In this document: positions 28,269-40,070 of the stretch, in pieces
Layout of the letters: each line of letters begins with the position of its first letter
How positions within the stretch are numbered: position 1 is the stretch's first letter
Notes under the pieces: model-generated
Told to the model about the DNA's origin: nothing
Database searches by the model: none
What the model saw: only the letters and a program-made list of their open reading frames with translations
Made by a program: the position numbers and the translations under genes
NCBI GenBank assembly: GCA_963773105.1
Contig: CAVZAA010000003.1
Location: forward strand, 1,040,161-1,104,160
Direction: 5' to 3'
From: an uncultured Actinomycetota bacterium
GTDB lineage: Bacteria > Actinomycetota > Actinomycetes > Streptosporangiales > Streptosporangiaceae
Length of the DNA stretch: 64,000 nucleotides

Positions 28269-29666
28269 GTGGCAGAGGGCGGCCATTACGACATCGTCAT
28301 CCTCGGCGGCGGCAGCGGCGGGTACGCCTGCGCGCTGCGCGCGGCCGAGCTTGGCAAGCGCGTGGCCCTGATCGAGCGGGACAAGGTCGGCGGGACCTGC
28401 CTGCACCGAGGCTGCATCCCCACCAAGGCGCTGCTGCACGCCGCCGAGGTGGCCGACTCCGCGCGGGAGTCGTCGAAGTTCGGGGTCCGGGCCACGTTCG
28501 AGGGCATCGAGATGCCCTCGGTCCTCTCCTACCAGCAGGGCGTCGTCGAGCGGCTCTGGAAGGGGCTGCAGTCGACCCTGGCGAGCAGGAAGATCGACAC
28601 GATCCTGGGCGAGGGGCGGCTGACCTCGCCGAACTCGGTCACCGTGGGCGACGCGGTCTACACCGGGGACTACGTGGTGCTCGCCACCGGGTCGGTGCCG
28701 CGCTCGCTGCCGGGGCTGTCCATCGACGGCTCGCGGGTGATCTCATCCGACGAGGGGCTCTCGCTTGACCGGGTGCCCCGGTCCGCGATCATCCTCGGCG
28801 GCGGCGTGATCGGGGTGGAGTTCGCCTCGGTGTGGCGCTCGTTCGGGGCGGAGGTCACGATCGTCGAGATGGCGCCGCAACTGCTGCCGCTCGAGGACGA
28901 GGCGTCCGCCAAGGTGCTGCAGCGGGTGTTCAGGCGGCGCGGGATCGCGTTCGAGCTCGGCACGCCGTTCCAGTCGGTCTCCTACACCGACGACGGCGTC
29001 TCGGTGACGCTGGGGAACGGCAAGGTGCTGGCGGCGGAGATCCTGCTGGTGGCCGTCGGCCGCGGGCCGGTCTCGGCCGACCTCGGCTACGAGGCGGCGG
29101 GCGTGGCCATGAGCCGCGGGTACGTGGACGTCGACGGCTTGTGCAAGACGTCGGTGCCGAACATCTTCGCGGTCGGCGACCTCATCGCCACCCCGCAGCT
29201 GGCGCACGTCGGCTTCGCCGAGGGCATCCTCGTCGCGGAGCAGATCGGCGGGCTCGACGTGCGGCCGATCGACTACGACGGGGTGCCGCGCATCACCTAC
29301 TCCGAGCCCGAGGTCGCGTCCGTGGGCATCACGTCCGCGCAGGCGGCCGAGCGCGGCATCAACGTGGTCGAGGTGAACTACCCGCTTGGCGGCAACGGCC
29401 GGTCGGTCATCCTGCAGACGCAGGGCCAGGCCAAGGTGATCGCCGAGGCGCCGTCGTCGCCCGGCGGTAAGCCGGGCCGGGTGCTCGGCGTCCACCTCGT
29501 CGGCAGCCGGGTCGGCGAGCTCATCGCCGAGGCGCAGCTCATCGTCAACTGGGACGCGGAGCCTGATGACGTCGCCGCGCTGATCCACCCGCACCCGACT
29601 CAGTCCGAGATCATCGGCGAGGCCCATCTGGCGCTCGCCGGCAAGCCACTGCACTTCCACGCCTAA
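28269..29666 (+). CDS. lpdA: dihydrolipoyl dehydrogenase (E3)
   Basis: GGGSGG, GGTCLHRGCIPTK, GGGVIG.E, HPTQSE. Confidence 0.96.
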   Translation: MAEGGHYDIVILGGGSGGYACALRAAELGKRVALIERDKVGGTCLHRGCIPTKALLHAAEVADSARESSKFGVRATFEGIEMPSVLSYQQGVVERLWKGLQSTLASRKIDTILGEGRLTSPNSVTVGDAVYTGDYVVLATGSVPRSLPGLSIDGSRVISSDEGLSLDRVPRSAIILGGGVIGVEFASVWRSFGAEVTIVEMAPQLLPLEDEASAKVLQRVFRRRGIAFELGTPFQSVSYTDDGVSVTLGNGKVLAAEILLVAVGRGPVSADLGYEAAGVAMSRGYVDVDGLCKTSVPNIFAVGDLIATPQLAHVGFAEGILVAEQIGGLDVRPIDYDGVPRITYSEPEVASVGITSAQAAERGINVVEVNYPLGGNGRSVILQTQGQAKVIAEAPSSPGGKPGRVLGVHLVGSRVGELIAEAQLIVNWDAEPDDVAALIHPHPTQSEIIGEAHLALAGKPLHFHA

Positions 29667-29681
29667 GGAGTCATTACCGAC

Positions 29682-31358
29682 ATGTCGGTCTCCGTACTTA
29701 TGCCGCAACTCGGCGAGAGCGTAACCGAGGGCACCGTAACCCGCTGGCTGAAGAAGGAAGGCGAGCAGGTAACGGCCGACGAGCCGCTGCTTGAGGTCTC
29801 CACCGACAAGGTGGACACCGAGATCCCCGCGCCCGCCTCCGGCATCCTGCGCGGCATCGTGGTCGACGAGGACGAGACGGTCGCGGTCGGCGCGCAGCTC
29901 GCGGTGATCGAGGACGCGGACGCCCCCGCCGCGTCCCCGGCCCCCGCCGCGGCGCCCGCTACGCCGGTAGCCGAGACGCCGCCCGCCCCGCCGGCGCCGT
30001 CCTACCAGCCGCCTGCCGCCGCCGCGCCGTCTTACCAGCCCCCGGCCGCCGCCTCCGCCCCGAGCTACGCCTCGCCGTCGTACGCGCCCCCGACGCCCGC
30101 GGCGGCCCCGGCCAACGGCGGGCAGTCGGCCGGCGCGAACTGGTCCTGGAACGAGCCGTCGACGCCGGCCGCGCCGTCTTACGCTCCCCCGGCGGCGGCT
30201 CCCGCCGGTCCGGCCGGATACACGCCGCCCACGCCGTCCTACCAGCCGCCGGCCGCCCCCGCCCCCACCCCGGCTTACGCGCCGCCTGCGGCGCCCGCGC
30301 CGTCGGCCGAGCCGGAGGCGGTCGAGGCCGAGGCGTACCCCGAGCCCACGCCGCTGCCGACCGGCGACTCGCCCTACGTCACGCCGCTGGTGCGCAAGCT
30401 CGCCGCCGAGCACTCGGTCCCGCTCGAGTCGATCTCCGGCACCGGGGTCGGCGGGCGGATCCGCAAGCAGGACGTCATCGACGCGGCCGCCAAGCGCCGC
30501 GCCGACGAGGCGGCCGCCGCCGCGGCCGCCACCCCGGCTGCGGCTTCCCCCACCGCTGCCCCGGCCGCTCCGGCGACCCCCGCCGCGCCGGAGGCGACGC
30601 CTGCCCCGGCCCGCCCGGCGCTGGTCGCCGACGCGCTGCGCGGCACCACCCAGCGGATGTCCCGGCCGCGCCAGGTCATCGCCAAGCGGATGGTCGAGTC
30701 GCTGCAGAACTCGGCCCAGCTCACCACCGTGGTCGAGGTCGACGTGACCAACATCGCGCGGCTCCGCGACCGGGCCAAGGCCGCCTTCCAGGCGCGGGAG
30801 GGCGTCAAGCTGACGTTCCTGCCGTTCTTCGCCCAGGCGACGGTCGAGGCGCTGAAGATCCACCCGAAGCTCAACTCGGTCATCAACGCGGAAACGCAGG
30901 AGGTCACCTACCACGCGGCCGAGCACCTCGGCATCGCGGTGGACACCGAGCGCGGCCTGATGGTGCCGGTCATCCACGGCGCGGGCGATCTCAACATCGG
31001 CGGGCTCGCCCGCAAGATCGCCGACCTGGCCTCCCGCACCAGGTCCGGCCACGTCGGCCCGGACGAGCTGGCCGGCGGCACGTTCACGCTGACCAACACC
31101 GGCAGCCGGGGCGCGCTGTTCGACACCCCGATCATCAACCTGCCGCAGGTCGGCATCCTCGGCGTCGGCAGCGTGGTCAAGCGCGCGGTGGTCGTCGAGG
31201 ACCCGGCGCTGGGCGAGGTCATCGCGGTCCGCTCGATGGTCTACCTGGCGCTGACCTACGACCACCGGCTCGTCGACGGCGCGGACGCCGCCCGCTTCCT
31301 GGTCACGGTCAAGAACCGTCTCGAGGAGGGCGCGTTCGAGGCCGACCTGGGGCTGTAG
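29682..31358 (+). CDS. sucB: dihydrolipoamide acyltransferase (E2), SucB/DlaT
   Basis: Single lipoyl domain (STDKV), E3-binding domain (GTGVGGRI), catalytic DHRLVDG. Confidence 0.95.
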   Translation: MSVSVLMPQLGESVTEGTVTRWLKKEGEQVTADEPLLEVSTDKVDTEIPAPASGILRGIVVDEDETVAVGAQLAVIEDADAPAASPAPAAAPATPVAETPPAPPAPSYQPPAAAAPSYQPPAAASAPSYASPSYAPPTPAAAPANGGQSAGANWSWNEPSTPAAPSYAPPAAAPAGPAGYTPPTPSYQPPAAPAPTPAYAPPAAPAPSAEPEAVEAEAYPEPTPLPTGDSPYVTPLVRKLAAEHSVPLESISGTGVGGRIRKQDVIDAAAKRRADEAAAAAAATPAAASPTAAPAAPATPAAPEATPAPARPALVADALRGTTQRMSRPRQVIAKRMVESLQNSAQLTTVVEVDVTNIARLRDRAKAAFQAREGVKLTFLPFFAQATVEALKIHPKLNSVINAETQEVTYHAAEHLGIAVDTERGLMVPVIHGAGDLNIGGLARKIADLASRTRSGHVGPDELAGGTFTLTNTGSRGALFDTPIINLPQVGILGVGSVVKRAVVVEDPALGEVIAVRSMVYLALTYDHRLVDGADAARFLVTVKNRLEEGAFEADLGL

Positions 31359-31386
31359 GCGCGAACCGGCCGGCGTTCCGATTCCG

Positions 31387-33399
31387 ATGAAGGTAGCGAT
31401 CACCGGCTCGTCCGGGCTGATCGGCACCGCGCTGACGGCAAGCCTGCGGGCGGACGGCCACCAGGTCGTCCGCCTGGTCAGGCGGCCGCCGGGCGCCGCC
31501 GACGAGATCCGCTGGGACCCGCGTGCCGCCGACGCGGGCAACCCGGCTTTGGCCGGCGTGTCCGCCTGCGTGCACCTGGCCGGCGCCGGGGTCGGCGATC
31601 ACCGCTGGACGGCTGCCTACAAGGCGGAGATCCGGTCCAGCCGGGTGCTCGCGACCCGGGCGCTGGCCGCCGCCCTGGTGGCTTTGTCTCCCCGGCCCGC
31701 GACCTTCATCGTCGCCTCCGCCATCGGGTGGTACGCCGACACCGGCGGCGCCCCGGTGACCGAGGAGGCGCCCGCCGGGAAGACGTTCCTCGCCCGGGTG
31801 GTGGCCGACTGGGAGGCCGCCGCCGCGCCCGCCCGCGACGCCGGGATCCGCGTCACCCACCTGCGCAGCGGCCTCGTCCTCGGTTCCGGCGGCGGCGTGC
31901 TCGGCCGACTGGCGCTCCCGGCCCGCCTCGGCGTCCTGCCCCGGTTCGGCGACGGCCGCCAGGTGATGAGCTGGATCTCGCTGACCGATGAGGTCCGCGC
32001 GATCCGCTTCCTCCTCGACGGTACCGGCGCCGACGCCTGCATCGGTCCGTATAACCTCACTGCGCCCAACCCGGTCACCAACGCGGAGCTGACCTCGGCG
32101 CTGCTCGCCGCCTTCCGGCGTCCTGACTTCTCCTGGCTCCGCGTCCCCGCACCCGTGCTTCGACTGGGCCTGGGCGAGATGTCATCCGAGCTGCTGACGA
32201 GCGCGCGGGTGCTGCCGAGGCGGCTGCTGGACGCCGGCTTCGAGTTCGACTATCCCACCGTGGGCGCCGCTCTCGCCGCCGAGCTGAAGCCGGCTTTGGA
32301 GTTACGCGCCGGGCTGCATGATGATGTCGAAGTCGGCGTGCCTGAAGGGGACCTGGCCGACGCTCCACTTCTCCGCCAGCGCCCGGTCGGTGACCTCTTC
32401 GAAGTCAACGACCAGGGACTTCTTCACCGCGAAGACGGTGTCGGATTCGATGTACTCGCTCCCGGCCACGAAGATGTGCGTGGTCAGCGGGCGGTGGCCG
32501 GGCGCGGCGACGATGAAGTGGATGTGCGCCGGGCGGAACGCGTGCCGGCCGGTCGCCTTGAGCAGCTCGCCGACCGGGCCGTCGGTCGGGATCGGGTAGT
32601 AGCTCGGCACGATCGTGCGGAACCAGAACTCGCCCTTGTCGTCGGCGGTGAAGAAGCCCCTGCCGTTGGTCCGAGGCTGCACGTCGGGCTGCTGGACATC
32701 GTAGAACCCCTGGTCGTTCGCCTGCCACACGTCAAGGGTGGCACCGGGAAGCGGGGCGCCGTCCACCGAGACGACCCGGCCGGTGACCACGCACGGGGTT
32801 CCGCTGCCCACCATGTCGATGGTGTCGCCGAGCTCGCGGACCGGGGAGGCCACCACGTGGAACGGCCCGAGCACGGTCGACTCGGTCGCGACGCCGAACT
32901 TCCTGTTGCTGATCGTCTCGGTCAGCATCGACAGGCCGAGCACGTCGGACAGGAGGATGAACTCCTGGCGGTCGTCGTCGCACTTCTGCCCGGTCCTGGT
33001 GAGGAAGTCGACCGCCTTCTCCCACTCCGGGATCGTCAGCTCGACCTCGCGGGCGAACGCGTGCAGGTGCTGCACGAGCGCGGTGAGAACCTCGCGCAGC
33101 CTCGGGTCGGTCTGCGCGCCGAAGCTCTCGATGACGGCCTCGGCCGCCGTCTCCTCGGTGAAATCGGTAGCCATGGCAACGAGGCTAAGGCCGTGCTGAG
33201 GTGCGGGTCTACCACCGGTGGCTGTGAGATTTTCCGCCCGAACGGCCGGTGGTTTCACCGCTGCGGGCCGCGCGCTCCGCACCGGCGCCGACCTCGACCC
33301 CCGCGAGCGGGATCTTCCAGATCGGCAGCCGCCGCCGGTCCTCGGCGGACCAGGCCGCCGGGCCTGATTCGCTCATCGCGGCCAGGGCGGAGATCCTGA
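31387..33399 (+). CDS. TIGR01777 family NAD-dependent oxidoreductase; homology ends near 32290 but no stop until 33399
   Basis: GSSGLIG, HLAG, SRV.AT, GDGRQ.MSWI, APNPVTN, P.RL..AGF.F.YP. Confidence 0.85.
   Translation: MKVAITGSSGLIGTALTASLRADGHQVVRLVRRPPGAADEIRWDPRAADAGNPALAGVSACVHLAGAGVGDHRWTAAYKAEIRSSRVLATRALAAALVALSPRPATFIVASAIGWYADTGGAPVTEEAPAGKTFLARVVADWEAAAAPARDAGIRVTHLRSGLVLGSGGGVLGRLALPARLGVLPRFGDGRQVMSWISLTDEVRAIRFLLDGTGADACIGPYNLTAPNPVTNAELTSALLAAFRRPDFSWLRVPAPVLRLGLGEMSSELLTSARVLPRRLLDAGFEFDYPTVGAALAAELKPALELRAGLHDDVEVGVPEGDLADAPLLRQRPVGDLFEVNDQGLLHREDGVGFDVLAPGHEDVRGQRAVAGRGDDEVDVRRAERVPAGRLEQLADRAVGRDRVVARHDRAEPELALVVGGEEAPAVGPRLHVGLLDIVEPLVVRLPHVKGGTGKRGAVHRDDPAGDHARGSAAHHVDGVAELADRGGHHVERPEHGRLGRDAELPVADRLGQHRQAEHVGQEDELLAVVVALLPGPGEEVDRLLPLRDRQLDLAGERVQVLHERGENLAQPRVGLRAEALDDGLGRRLLGEIGSHGNEAKAVLRCGSTTGGCEIFRPNGRWFHRCGPRAPHRRRPRPPRAGSSRSAAAAGPRRTRPPGLIRSSRPGRRS
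32302..33174 (-). CDS. intradiol ring-cleavage dioxygenase (hydroxyquinol/catechol 1,2-dioxygenase-like)
   Basis: RQEFILLSDVLG, VLGPF, WQAN..GFY, YPIP.DGP, RPAHIH iron ligands. Confidence 0.93.
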   Translation of the reverse strand: MATDFTEETAAEAVIESFGAQTDPRLREVLTALVQHLHAFAREVELTIPEWEKAVDFLTRTGQKCDDDRQEFILLSDVLGLSMLTETISNRKFGVATESTVLGPFHVVASPVRELGDTIDMVGSGTPCVVTGRVVSVDGAPLPGATLDVWQANDQGFYDVQQPDVQPRTNGRGFFTADDKGEFWFRTIVPSYYPIPTDGPVGELLKATGRHAFRPAHIHFIVAAPGHRPLTTHIFVAGSEYIESDTVFAVKKSLVVDFEEVTDRALAEKWSVGQVPFRHADFDIIMQPGA

Positions 33400-33868
33400 T
33401 CAGCCGGCGGGCCGCGTTGAACATGAGGAACGCAAGCGGCAGCTCGATGAGCACGGCCGAGGCGAGGCTGCCCCAGATGGCGCTGGTGCCTGAGTCGAGG
33501 ATCACGTCGAACCAGGCGTCGCAGCACAGCAGCGTCGCGGTGATCAGCAGGAAGGCGATCGCGATCTGGCGGCCGCGCCAGAGCGCCCACCCGGTGGCGG
33601 CGAACCCTATGAACTCGAGGATGTCAAACCCGACCCAGGCGCCGCGCCAGTAGTGGGTGTGGAAGGAGCGGTGCAGGGTGAGCGCGAGCACGATGATCCA
33701 CGCGAGGAGGGCGGCGCAGGCGATGATCGAGAACAGGACGCCGACTCGGCGGCGACGGGAGATGTAGAGGCCTAGCATCGGATCCGGGCAGTCGAAGGTC
33801 GCCAGCGTGTGAGCCAGCTGTCGCCGGTCGGCCGCGCTCATGTCGCGCAGATCTGACTCTTTGATCAC
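33209..33868 (-). CDS. membrane hypothetical protein
   Basis: 4 TM helices; W..AWVGFD, DAWFD and ELPLA motifs. Confidence 0.7.
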   Translation of the reverse strand: MIKESDLRDMSAADRRQLAHTLATFDCPDPMLGLYISRRRRVGVLFSIIACAALLAWIIVLALTLHRSFHTHYWRGAWVGFDILEFIGFAATGWALWRGRQIAIAFLLITATLLCCDAWFDVILDSGTSAIWGSLASAVLIELPLAFLMFNAARRLIRISALAAMSESGPAAWSAEDRRRLPIWKIPLAGVEVGAGAERAARSGETTGRSGGKSHSHRW

Positions 33869-33926
33869 AATTTGGATTCCTTCCCAGCTGGCGCGCGGGT
33901 ATTACAAGCGTCGTAGTCTCGATGGT

Positions 33927-34628
33927 GTGGATGCTGAACTCGTGTACGCGCATGTCGGCTTCGGCGCGGAAGCCGTGGACTACCGCCAGGCCTGGGAGAC
34001 GCAGCGGGCGGTGCACGGGCGGCGGGTGCTGGGCGAGATCCCCGACTGCTGCCTGCTGCTCGAGCACAGGCCGGTCTACACGGCGGGCAAGCGGACGGCG
34101 GTGTCCGACCGGCCGTTCGGCGATCCCGGGGCGCCCGTCATCGACGTCGACCGCGGCGGCAAGATCACCTGGCACGGCCCCGGGCAGCTCACCGCGTACC
34201 CGATCGTGAAGCTGCGCGAGCCGATGGACGTGGTGGTGTACGTGCGGGCGCTCGAAGAAGCGATGATCCGGGTCTGCGCGGAGTTCGGACTCGACGCCAT
34301 CCGGGTCGAGGGGCGCTCCGGCGCGTGGCTCCCGGCGTCCGGCGGGCGGCCGGAGCGGAAGGTGGGAGCGATCGGCGCCCGGGTCGCGCGGGGCGTCACC
34401 ATGCACGGACTGGCGCTCAACTGCAACTGCGACCTGTCGTGGTTCGACCGGATCGTGCCGTGCGGCATCAGGGACGCCGGGGTGACCTCGCTCACGGCCG
34501 AGACCGGCATCCCGGTCTCCGTCTCCGACGTGACCCCGCTGCTTGAACGGCACCTGACCACCGCCCTGGGCTATCGGACCTGGTCGCGGATCCACACCGT
34601 GACGCCGCTGGTCGCCTCGGCCGCCTGA
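33927..34628 (+). CDS. lipB: lipoyl(octanoyl) transferase
   Basis: [33 protein letters not shown]. Confidence 0.96.
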   Translation: MDAELVYAHVGFGAEAVDYRQAWETQRAVHGRRVLGEIPDCCLLLEHRPVYTAGKRTAVSDRPFGDPGAPVIDVDRGGKITWHGPGQLTAYPIVKLREPMDVVVYVRALEEAMIRVCAEFGLDAIRVEGRSGAWLPASGGRPERKVGAIGARVARGVTMHGLALNCNCDLSWFDRIVPCGIRDAGVTSLTAETGIPVSVSDVTPLLERHLTTALGYRTWSRIHTVTPLVASAA

Positions 34629-34711
34629 GGCGAGGCGCGCGCTGCTGCGCTGCGCTGCGCGCTTCTTGCTGTTATCTCCGGATGCGGGTGCCGTTGCGGC
34701 GGGTCGGCGAG

Positions 34712-34829
34712 CTGTCAGCTACGCCATCGACATGGTCCGCGGTCTGTCACCTACGCCATCGACACCGTCTATCGGTGTCGGTGGCGTAGGCGACAGGTTC
34801 CGTTTCGGGTCGATGGCGTAGGCGACAGG
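34712..34829. repeat. REP-like cluster 2 (4 copies)
   Basis: Reverse 34712-34731, reverse 34744-34763, forward 34777-34797, forward 34809-34829. Confidence 0.9.
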
Positions 34830-34967
34830 CGCGGTGGCGGGAGGGGTCACGGGACGGCGGGGGCCGCGGCGGGGGGACGGGTCACGCGATTGCGGGGCGT
34901 GCGGTGGTGGGAGGGGTCACAGGGCGGCGGGGGCGCGCTTGGTGGCGGGCGAACGTAGGGTGGAGGT

Positions 34968-36083
34968 GTGGTGAGTACCCCGGAACTGGCCCCTGAGGGG
35001 CGGCGGATGCTGCGCCTTGAGGCGCGCAACGCGCAGACGCCGATCGAAAAGAAGCCCGCGTGGATCAAGACCCGGCTGCGCACCGGGCCCGAGTACTCCG
35101 CGCTGAAGGATCTGGTCAAGCGCGAGGGCCTGCACACCGTCTGCCAGGAGGCGGGCTGCCCGAACATCTACGAGTGCTGGGAAGACCGCGAGGCCACCTT
35201 CCTGATCGGCGGCGACCAGTGCACCCGGCGGTGCGACTTCTGCCAGATCGACACCGGCAAGCCGCTGGCGCTCGACACCGGCGAGCCGCGCCGGGTGGCC
35301 GAGTCGGTGGCCGCGATGGGGCTGCGGTACGCCACCGTCACCGGGGTCGCCCGTGACGACCTGCCCGACGGCGGGGCCTGGCTGTACGCGCAGACCGCGA
35401 TCGAGATCCACCAGGCGGTCCCCGGCTGCGGGGTCGAGCTGCTGGTGCCCGACTTCAACGGGAACCCGGACCAGCTGGGCGAGGTGTTCGCCGCACAGCC
35501 GGAGGTGTTCGCGCACAACCTGGAGACGGTGCCGCGGATCTTCCGCCGGATCCGGCCCGGGTTCCGCTACGAACGGTCGCTCGACGTGCTCCGGCTGGCA
35601 AACCAGACCGGGCTGGTGACGAAGTCCAACCTGATCCTGGGCATGGGCGAGACCAGGGACGAGATCGGGCCGGCGATGGCCGACCTGCGCTCGGCCGGCT
35701 GCGACCTGCTGACGATCACCCAGTACCTGCGGCCGTCGGCCAAGCACCACCCGGTGGACCGCTGGGTGCGGCCGGAGGAGTTCGTCGAGCTGCGCGAGGA
35801 GGCCCTGGCGATCGGGTTCGCGGGCGTGCTGGCGGGCCCGCTAGTGCGCTCCTCCTACCGGGCCGGGCGGCTCTACGCCCAGGCGATGGAGCAGCGGGCC
35901 GCCGCAGCCTCCTTGCTGTTATCTCCGGGTGAGGGTCATGGGCGGGGCGGGCGGAGCCAGGGTCCGTTCGAGATGATGGATTTGCGGGTTTTGACTTTCC
36001 CTCGGTTACAGACCGGTGCGCCGGAAACCGTATGCTGCCTGATGTTGGCACACGTTATGAGGGAAGGCAGAACCGGTGGTTGA
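34968..36083 (+). CDS. lipA: lipoyl synthase (radical SAM) with a repeat-derived C-terminal extension
   Basis: [20 protein letters not shown] and RSSY motifs; homology ends near 35905. Confidence 0.95.
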   Translation: MVSTPELAPEGRRMLRLEARNAQTPIEKKPAWIKTRLRTGPEYSALKDLVKREGLHTVCQEAGCPNIYECWEDREATFLIGGDQCTRRCDFCQIDTGKPLALDTGEPRRVAESVAAMGLRYATVTGVARDDLPDGGAWLYAQTAIEIHQAVPGCGVELLVPDFNGNPDQLGEVFAAQPEVFAHNLETVPRIFRRIRPGFRYERSLDVLRLANQTGLVTKSNLILGMGETRDEIGPAMADLRSAGCDLLTITQYLRPSAKHHPVDRWVRPEEFVELREEALAIGFAGVLAGPLVRSSYRAGRLYAQAMEQRAAAASLLLSPGEGHGRGGRSQGPFEMMDLRVLTFPRLQTGAPETVCCLMLAHVMREGRTGG

Positions 36084-36765
36084 CAACTACAGCTCTGAGG
36101 ATGTTGCCAAGGCCGGGCGGCTGAAGCAGATCCGGATGGTCGCCAAGCTGGTCAACCAGCAGAACAAGCGGGCGCTGCCGATCACGTTCGGCGCCGCCGT
36201 CGGCATCATCGTCGTGTTCGTGCTGGTCGGGCTGTTCGTCGGGCCGCTGGGGCTCTTCCTGCCACTCGGCGTGCTGCTCGGCCTGATTGCCGCGATGATC
36301 CTGTTCGGCCGGTTCGCGCAGCAGGCGCAGTACTCGGCGATCGACGGGCAGCTCGGCGCGGCGGCGGCGGTGCTGCAGTCGATGCGGGGCGACTGGACGG
36401 TCACCCCGGCGGTCTCCGGCAACCGGTCGATGGACGTGGTGCACCGCGCGGTCGGCAAGAAGGGCGTCATCCTGGTCGGCGAGGGCGCGCCGACGCGGGT
36501 GGCCGGGCTGCTGGCGGCCGAGCGCAAGAAGACCGAGCGGGTCGCGCACGGCGTGCCGATCACCGAGTTCCAGGTCGGCAGCGGCGAGGGACAGATCCCG
36601 GTCAGCAAGCTGCAGAGCTCGATCATGAAGGTCCCCGGCACCCTCAAGGCGCCCGCCGTCAGCGACCTGAACTACCGGCTCAAGGCCCTCCAGCCGAGCA
36701 TGCAGGTGCCCAAGGGGCCGATGCCGAAGGGCGCCCGGCAGCCGAAGATGCCCCGCCCGCGCTAG
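36076..36765 (+). CDS. DUF4191 family membrane protein
   Basis: 2 TM helices, GQ.GAA, D.VHR.VG..GV.LVGEG, PKGPMP; conserved position between lipA and RDD. Confidence 0.88.
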   Translation: MVDNYSSEDVAKAGRLKQIRMVAKLVNQQNKRALPITFGAAVGIIVVFVLVGLFVGPLGLFLPLGVLLGLIAAMILFGRFAQQAQYSAIDGQLGAAAAVLQSMRGDWTVTPAVSGNRSMDVVHRAVGKKGVILVGEGAPTRVAGLLAAERKKTERVAHGVPITEFQVGSGEGQIPVSKLQSSIMKVPGTLKAPAVSDLNYRLKALQPSMQVPKGPMPKGARQPKMPRPR

Positions 36766-36768
36766 CGG

Positions 36769-37272
36769 CTAGAAGCGGACCACGATCGTGTTGGCGGCCC
36801 GGTCGTGCAGGCCGCGCAGGTCACGGTCGGTCAGGCAGGCGGGGACGACGAAAAGCAGCAGCACCGTGCGCACGGCCGCCCACCTGAAGCCGGGCGGGCG
36901 GCCGTCGAGGCCGATCGCGCGAATGCGGAATAGCCGCTTGCCCACGGTGAGGCCGCTGATCGCGGTGAGCAGGTAGACCTCGAGGACGAACAGGCCGAGG
37001 GTCCCGTACTGGGCGGCGAAGTAGTGATGGTCGGCGGCGCTGCCGAACAGGACGTGGCCGGTGAAGCTGGACACGATCAGCGCGCACAGCAGCCAGTCGA
37101 CGAAGAGCGCGAGCAGCCGCCTGCCCATCGGCGCCACCGACATGGGGCCCTGCAGAGGCAAGCCGAACCTTTTGCCTGGGTAATCAGGCGTATCATCGGG
37201 CGCAGCGACACCGGGCGAAGCGGCTACCGCCGTCGCGTTCCGGGTTCGCGGACGCCGTGGTTCTTGGGACAC
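36769..37272 (-). CDS. RDD family protein
   Basis: YPG.R.GLP..G, RRL.A.FVDW, T.GKRL, RGLHDRAA. Confidence 0.88.
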   Translation of the reverse strand: MSQEPRRPRTRNATAVAASPGVAAPDDTPDYPGKRFGLPLQGPMSVAPMGRRLLALFVDWLLCALIVSSFTGHVLFGSAADHHYFAAQYGTLGLFVLEVYLLTAISGLTVGKRLFRIRAIGLDGRPPGFRWAAVRTVLLLFVVPACLTDRDLRGLHDRAANTIVVRF

Positions 37273-37335
37273 AGATCTACGGTATCTGCTTGCCCGTCTC
37301 GCCTGCGCAGGGCGGTGGTCCGGCCGGGGGGTCGC

Positions 37336-37373
37336 GTAACACCGGCGAAACGTCGCGGATACTGCGATGAAAT
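37336..37373 (+). promoter_or_regulatory. tandem GlnR boxes upstream of glnA
   Basis: GTAAC-n6-GAAAC-n6-GATAC-n6-GAAAT matches gTnAc-n6-GaAAc; -10-like TACCAT at 37384. Confidence 0.82.
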
Positions 37374-37456
37374 TGCGGACGGCTACCATCCGAAGCGCGT
37401 CCACGACGAAAAATCGAGATAAAGCTCCTAATGCGCGCCCTGTACAGGGAGGGTTG

Positions 37457-38881
<1,425 letters not shown>

Positions 38882-38915
38882 CGGTCTTAGCGCTAGTGGC
38901 TTAGGTCGTAGTAAG

Positions 38916-38956
38916 GGAAGCCCGCAGGCAGGTTCTTGACCTTCCTGCGGGCTTCC
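38916..38956 (+). terminator. intrinsic terminator after glnA
   Basis: GGAAGCCCGCAGG pairs with CCTGCGGGCTTCC, followed by GTGTTT. Confidence 0.8.
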
Positions 38957-39009
38957 GTGTTTGACGTCGCGGCATGGACCCGCCTGACGCTTCGAATAGG
39001 TTGGGAATC

Positions 39010-39525
39010 ATGAGCGACCGCGCCGATGAGCGGTGGATGCGCCTCGCCATCGAACTCGCCTGGCAGTGCCCGCCGTCGCAGACGGCCTACTCCGTCGGCG
39101 CCGTCATCGTGGACGCGGGCGGCGACGAGATCTCCCGCGGGTACTCCCGCGAGGGCGACCCGCTGGCGCATGCGGAGGAGTCGGCCCTGAGCAAGCTCGC
39201 CGCCGGCGACCCGCGGCTGGCGGGCGCGACCATCTACAGCACGCTTGAGCCCTGCTCGCAGCGGAAGTCCAGGCCGTGCACCTGCACTCAGCTCATCATC
39301 ACGGCGGGCCTGGGCCGCGTGGTTATCGCCTGGCGCGAGCCGGCCCTGTTCGTGGCCGACGCCCAGGGCTACGAGCTGCTGGTCGAGGCCGGGCTCGAGG
39401 TCGCGGAACTGCCCGCGCTAGCGGCGCTTGCCGCCGCCCCCAACGAGCATCTTGCGCACCAGAACCCGCCCAGTGCGACGTTAGCCACGTCCTGGTTGCG
39501 CGCCACCGGCTATAGTTACCGGTGA
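39010..39525 (+). CDS. zinc deaminase (RibD N-terminal / dCMP deaminase-like)
   Basis: HAEE ... TLEPC..R...PC motifs. Confidence 0.87.
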   Translation: MSDRADERWMRLAIELAWQCPPSQTAYSVGAVIVDAGGDEISRGYSREGDPLAHAEESALSKLAAGDPRLAGATIYSTLEPCSQRKSRPCTCTQLIITAGLGRVVIAWREPALFVADAQGYELLVEAGLEVAELPALAALAAAPNEHLAHQNPPSATLATSWLRATGYSYR

Positions 39526-39601
39526 GTAAATAATGCGTGGTCACCGCGCTCCGGGGGGAACCGCGCGGCAGTTCAACGATTGGTGATCTGAGGGGCATTT
39601 C

Positions 39602-40024
39602 ATGGAGACGACGACCTACACCGCGCTCTGCGAACGGGCAGGTCGCTGGTGGACGATTCATGTTCCCCAGATCGAGGGGCTGACCGCTCAGGTGCGGAGC
39701 CTCGACCAGGCGGAGGCGATGACGCGGAAGGTCATCGCACGGCACTTGGGCATCCCCGCCGAGGCGATCAAGGTCGACGTGCTCCCCGACGCCCCCGCCC
39801 CGGTGGCGCGCGCGCTGCAGGCCAGGCACGTCGCCCGGCAGGCGGCCGAGGCGGCCGGCCAGGCCACCCGCGAGGCGATCGACGCGCTGGCCAGCGACGG
39901 TTACCCGTTCCACGACGCGGCGACCATGCTGTCGCTGTCCCGGGCCGAGATCGATCGCTACGGGCCGGTATCCGGCGAGGTCGCCGCGGCCGGCTCGGGG
40001 CCGATGCCGACGACCGCCGGGTAA
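39602..40024 (+). CDS. HicB-like antitoxin-family protein (orphan)
   Basis: YTA.CER.G.WW.I.VP.I.GL..Q.RSL..AE.M; C-terminal HTH-like segment. Confidence 0.6.
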   Translation: METTTYTALCERAGRWWTIHVPQIEGLTAQVRSLDQAEAMTRKVIARHLGIPAEAIKVDVLPDAPAPVARALQARHVARQAAEAAGQATREAIDALASDGYPFHDAATMLSLSRAEIDRYGPVSGEVAAAGSGPMPTTAG

Positions 40025-40070
40025 ATCCCGTTTGGAACCCCGGCCGCCCGCGCTTAGGGTGGGTAGTGCC

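Noticed and set aside
28743-31541. 932-aa antisense ORF and many similar long shadow ORFs (e.g. 4602-6317, 37277-38854, 19206-20816)
   Set aside because: They lie opposite or out of frame to well-supported genes, are Arg/Gly/Pro-rich, and are expected from high-GC codon bias
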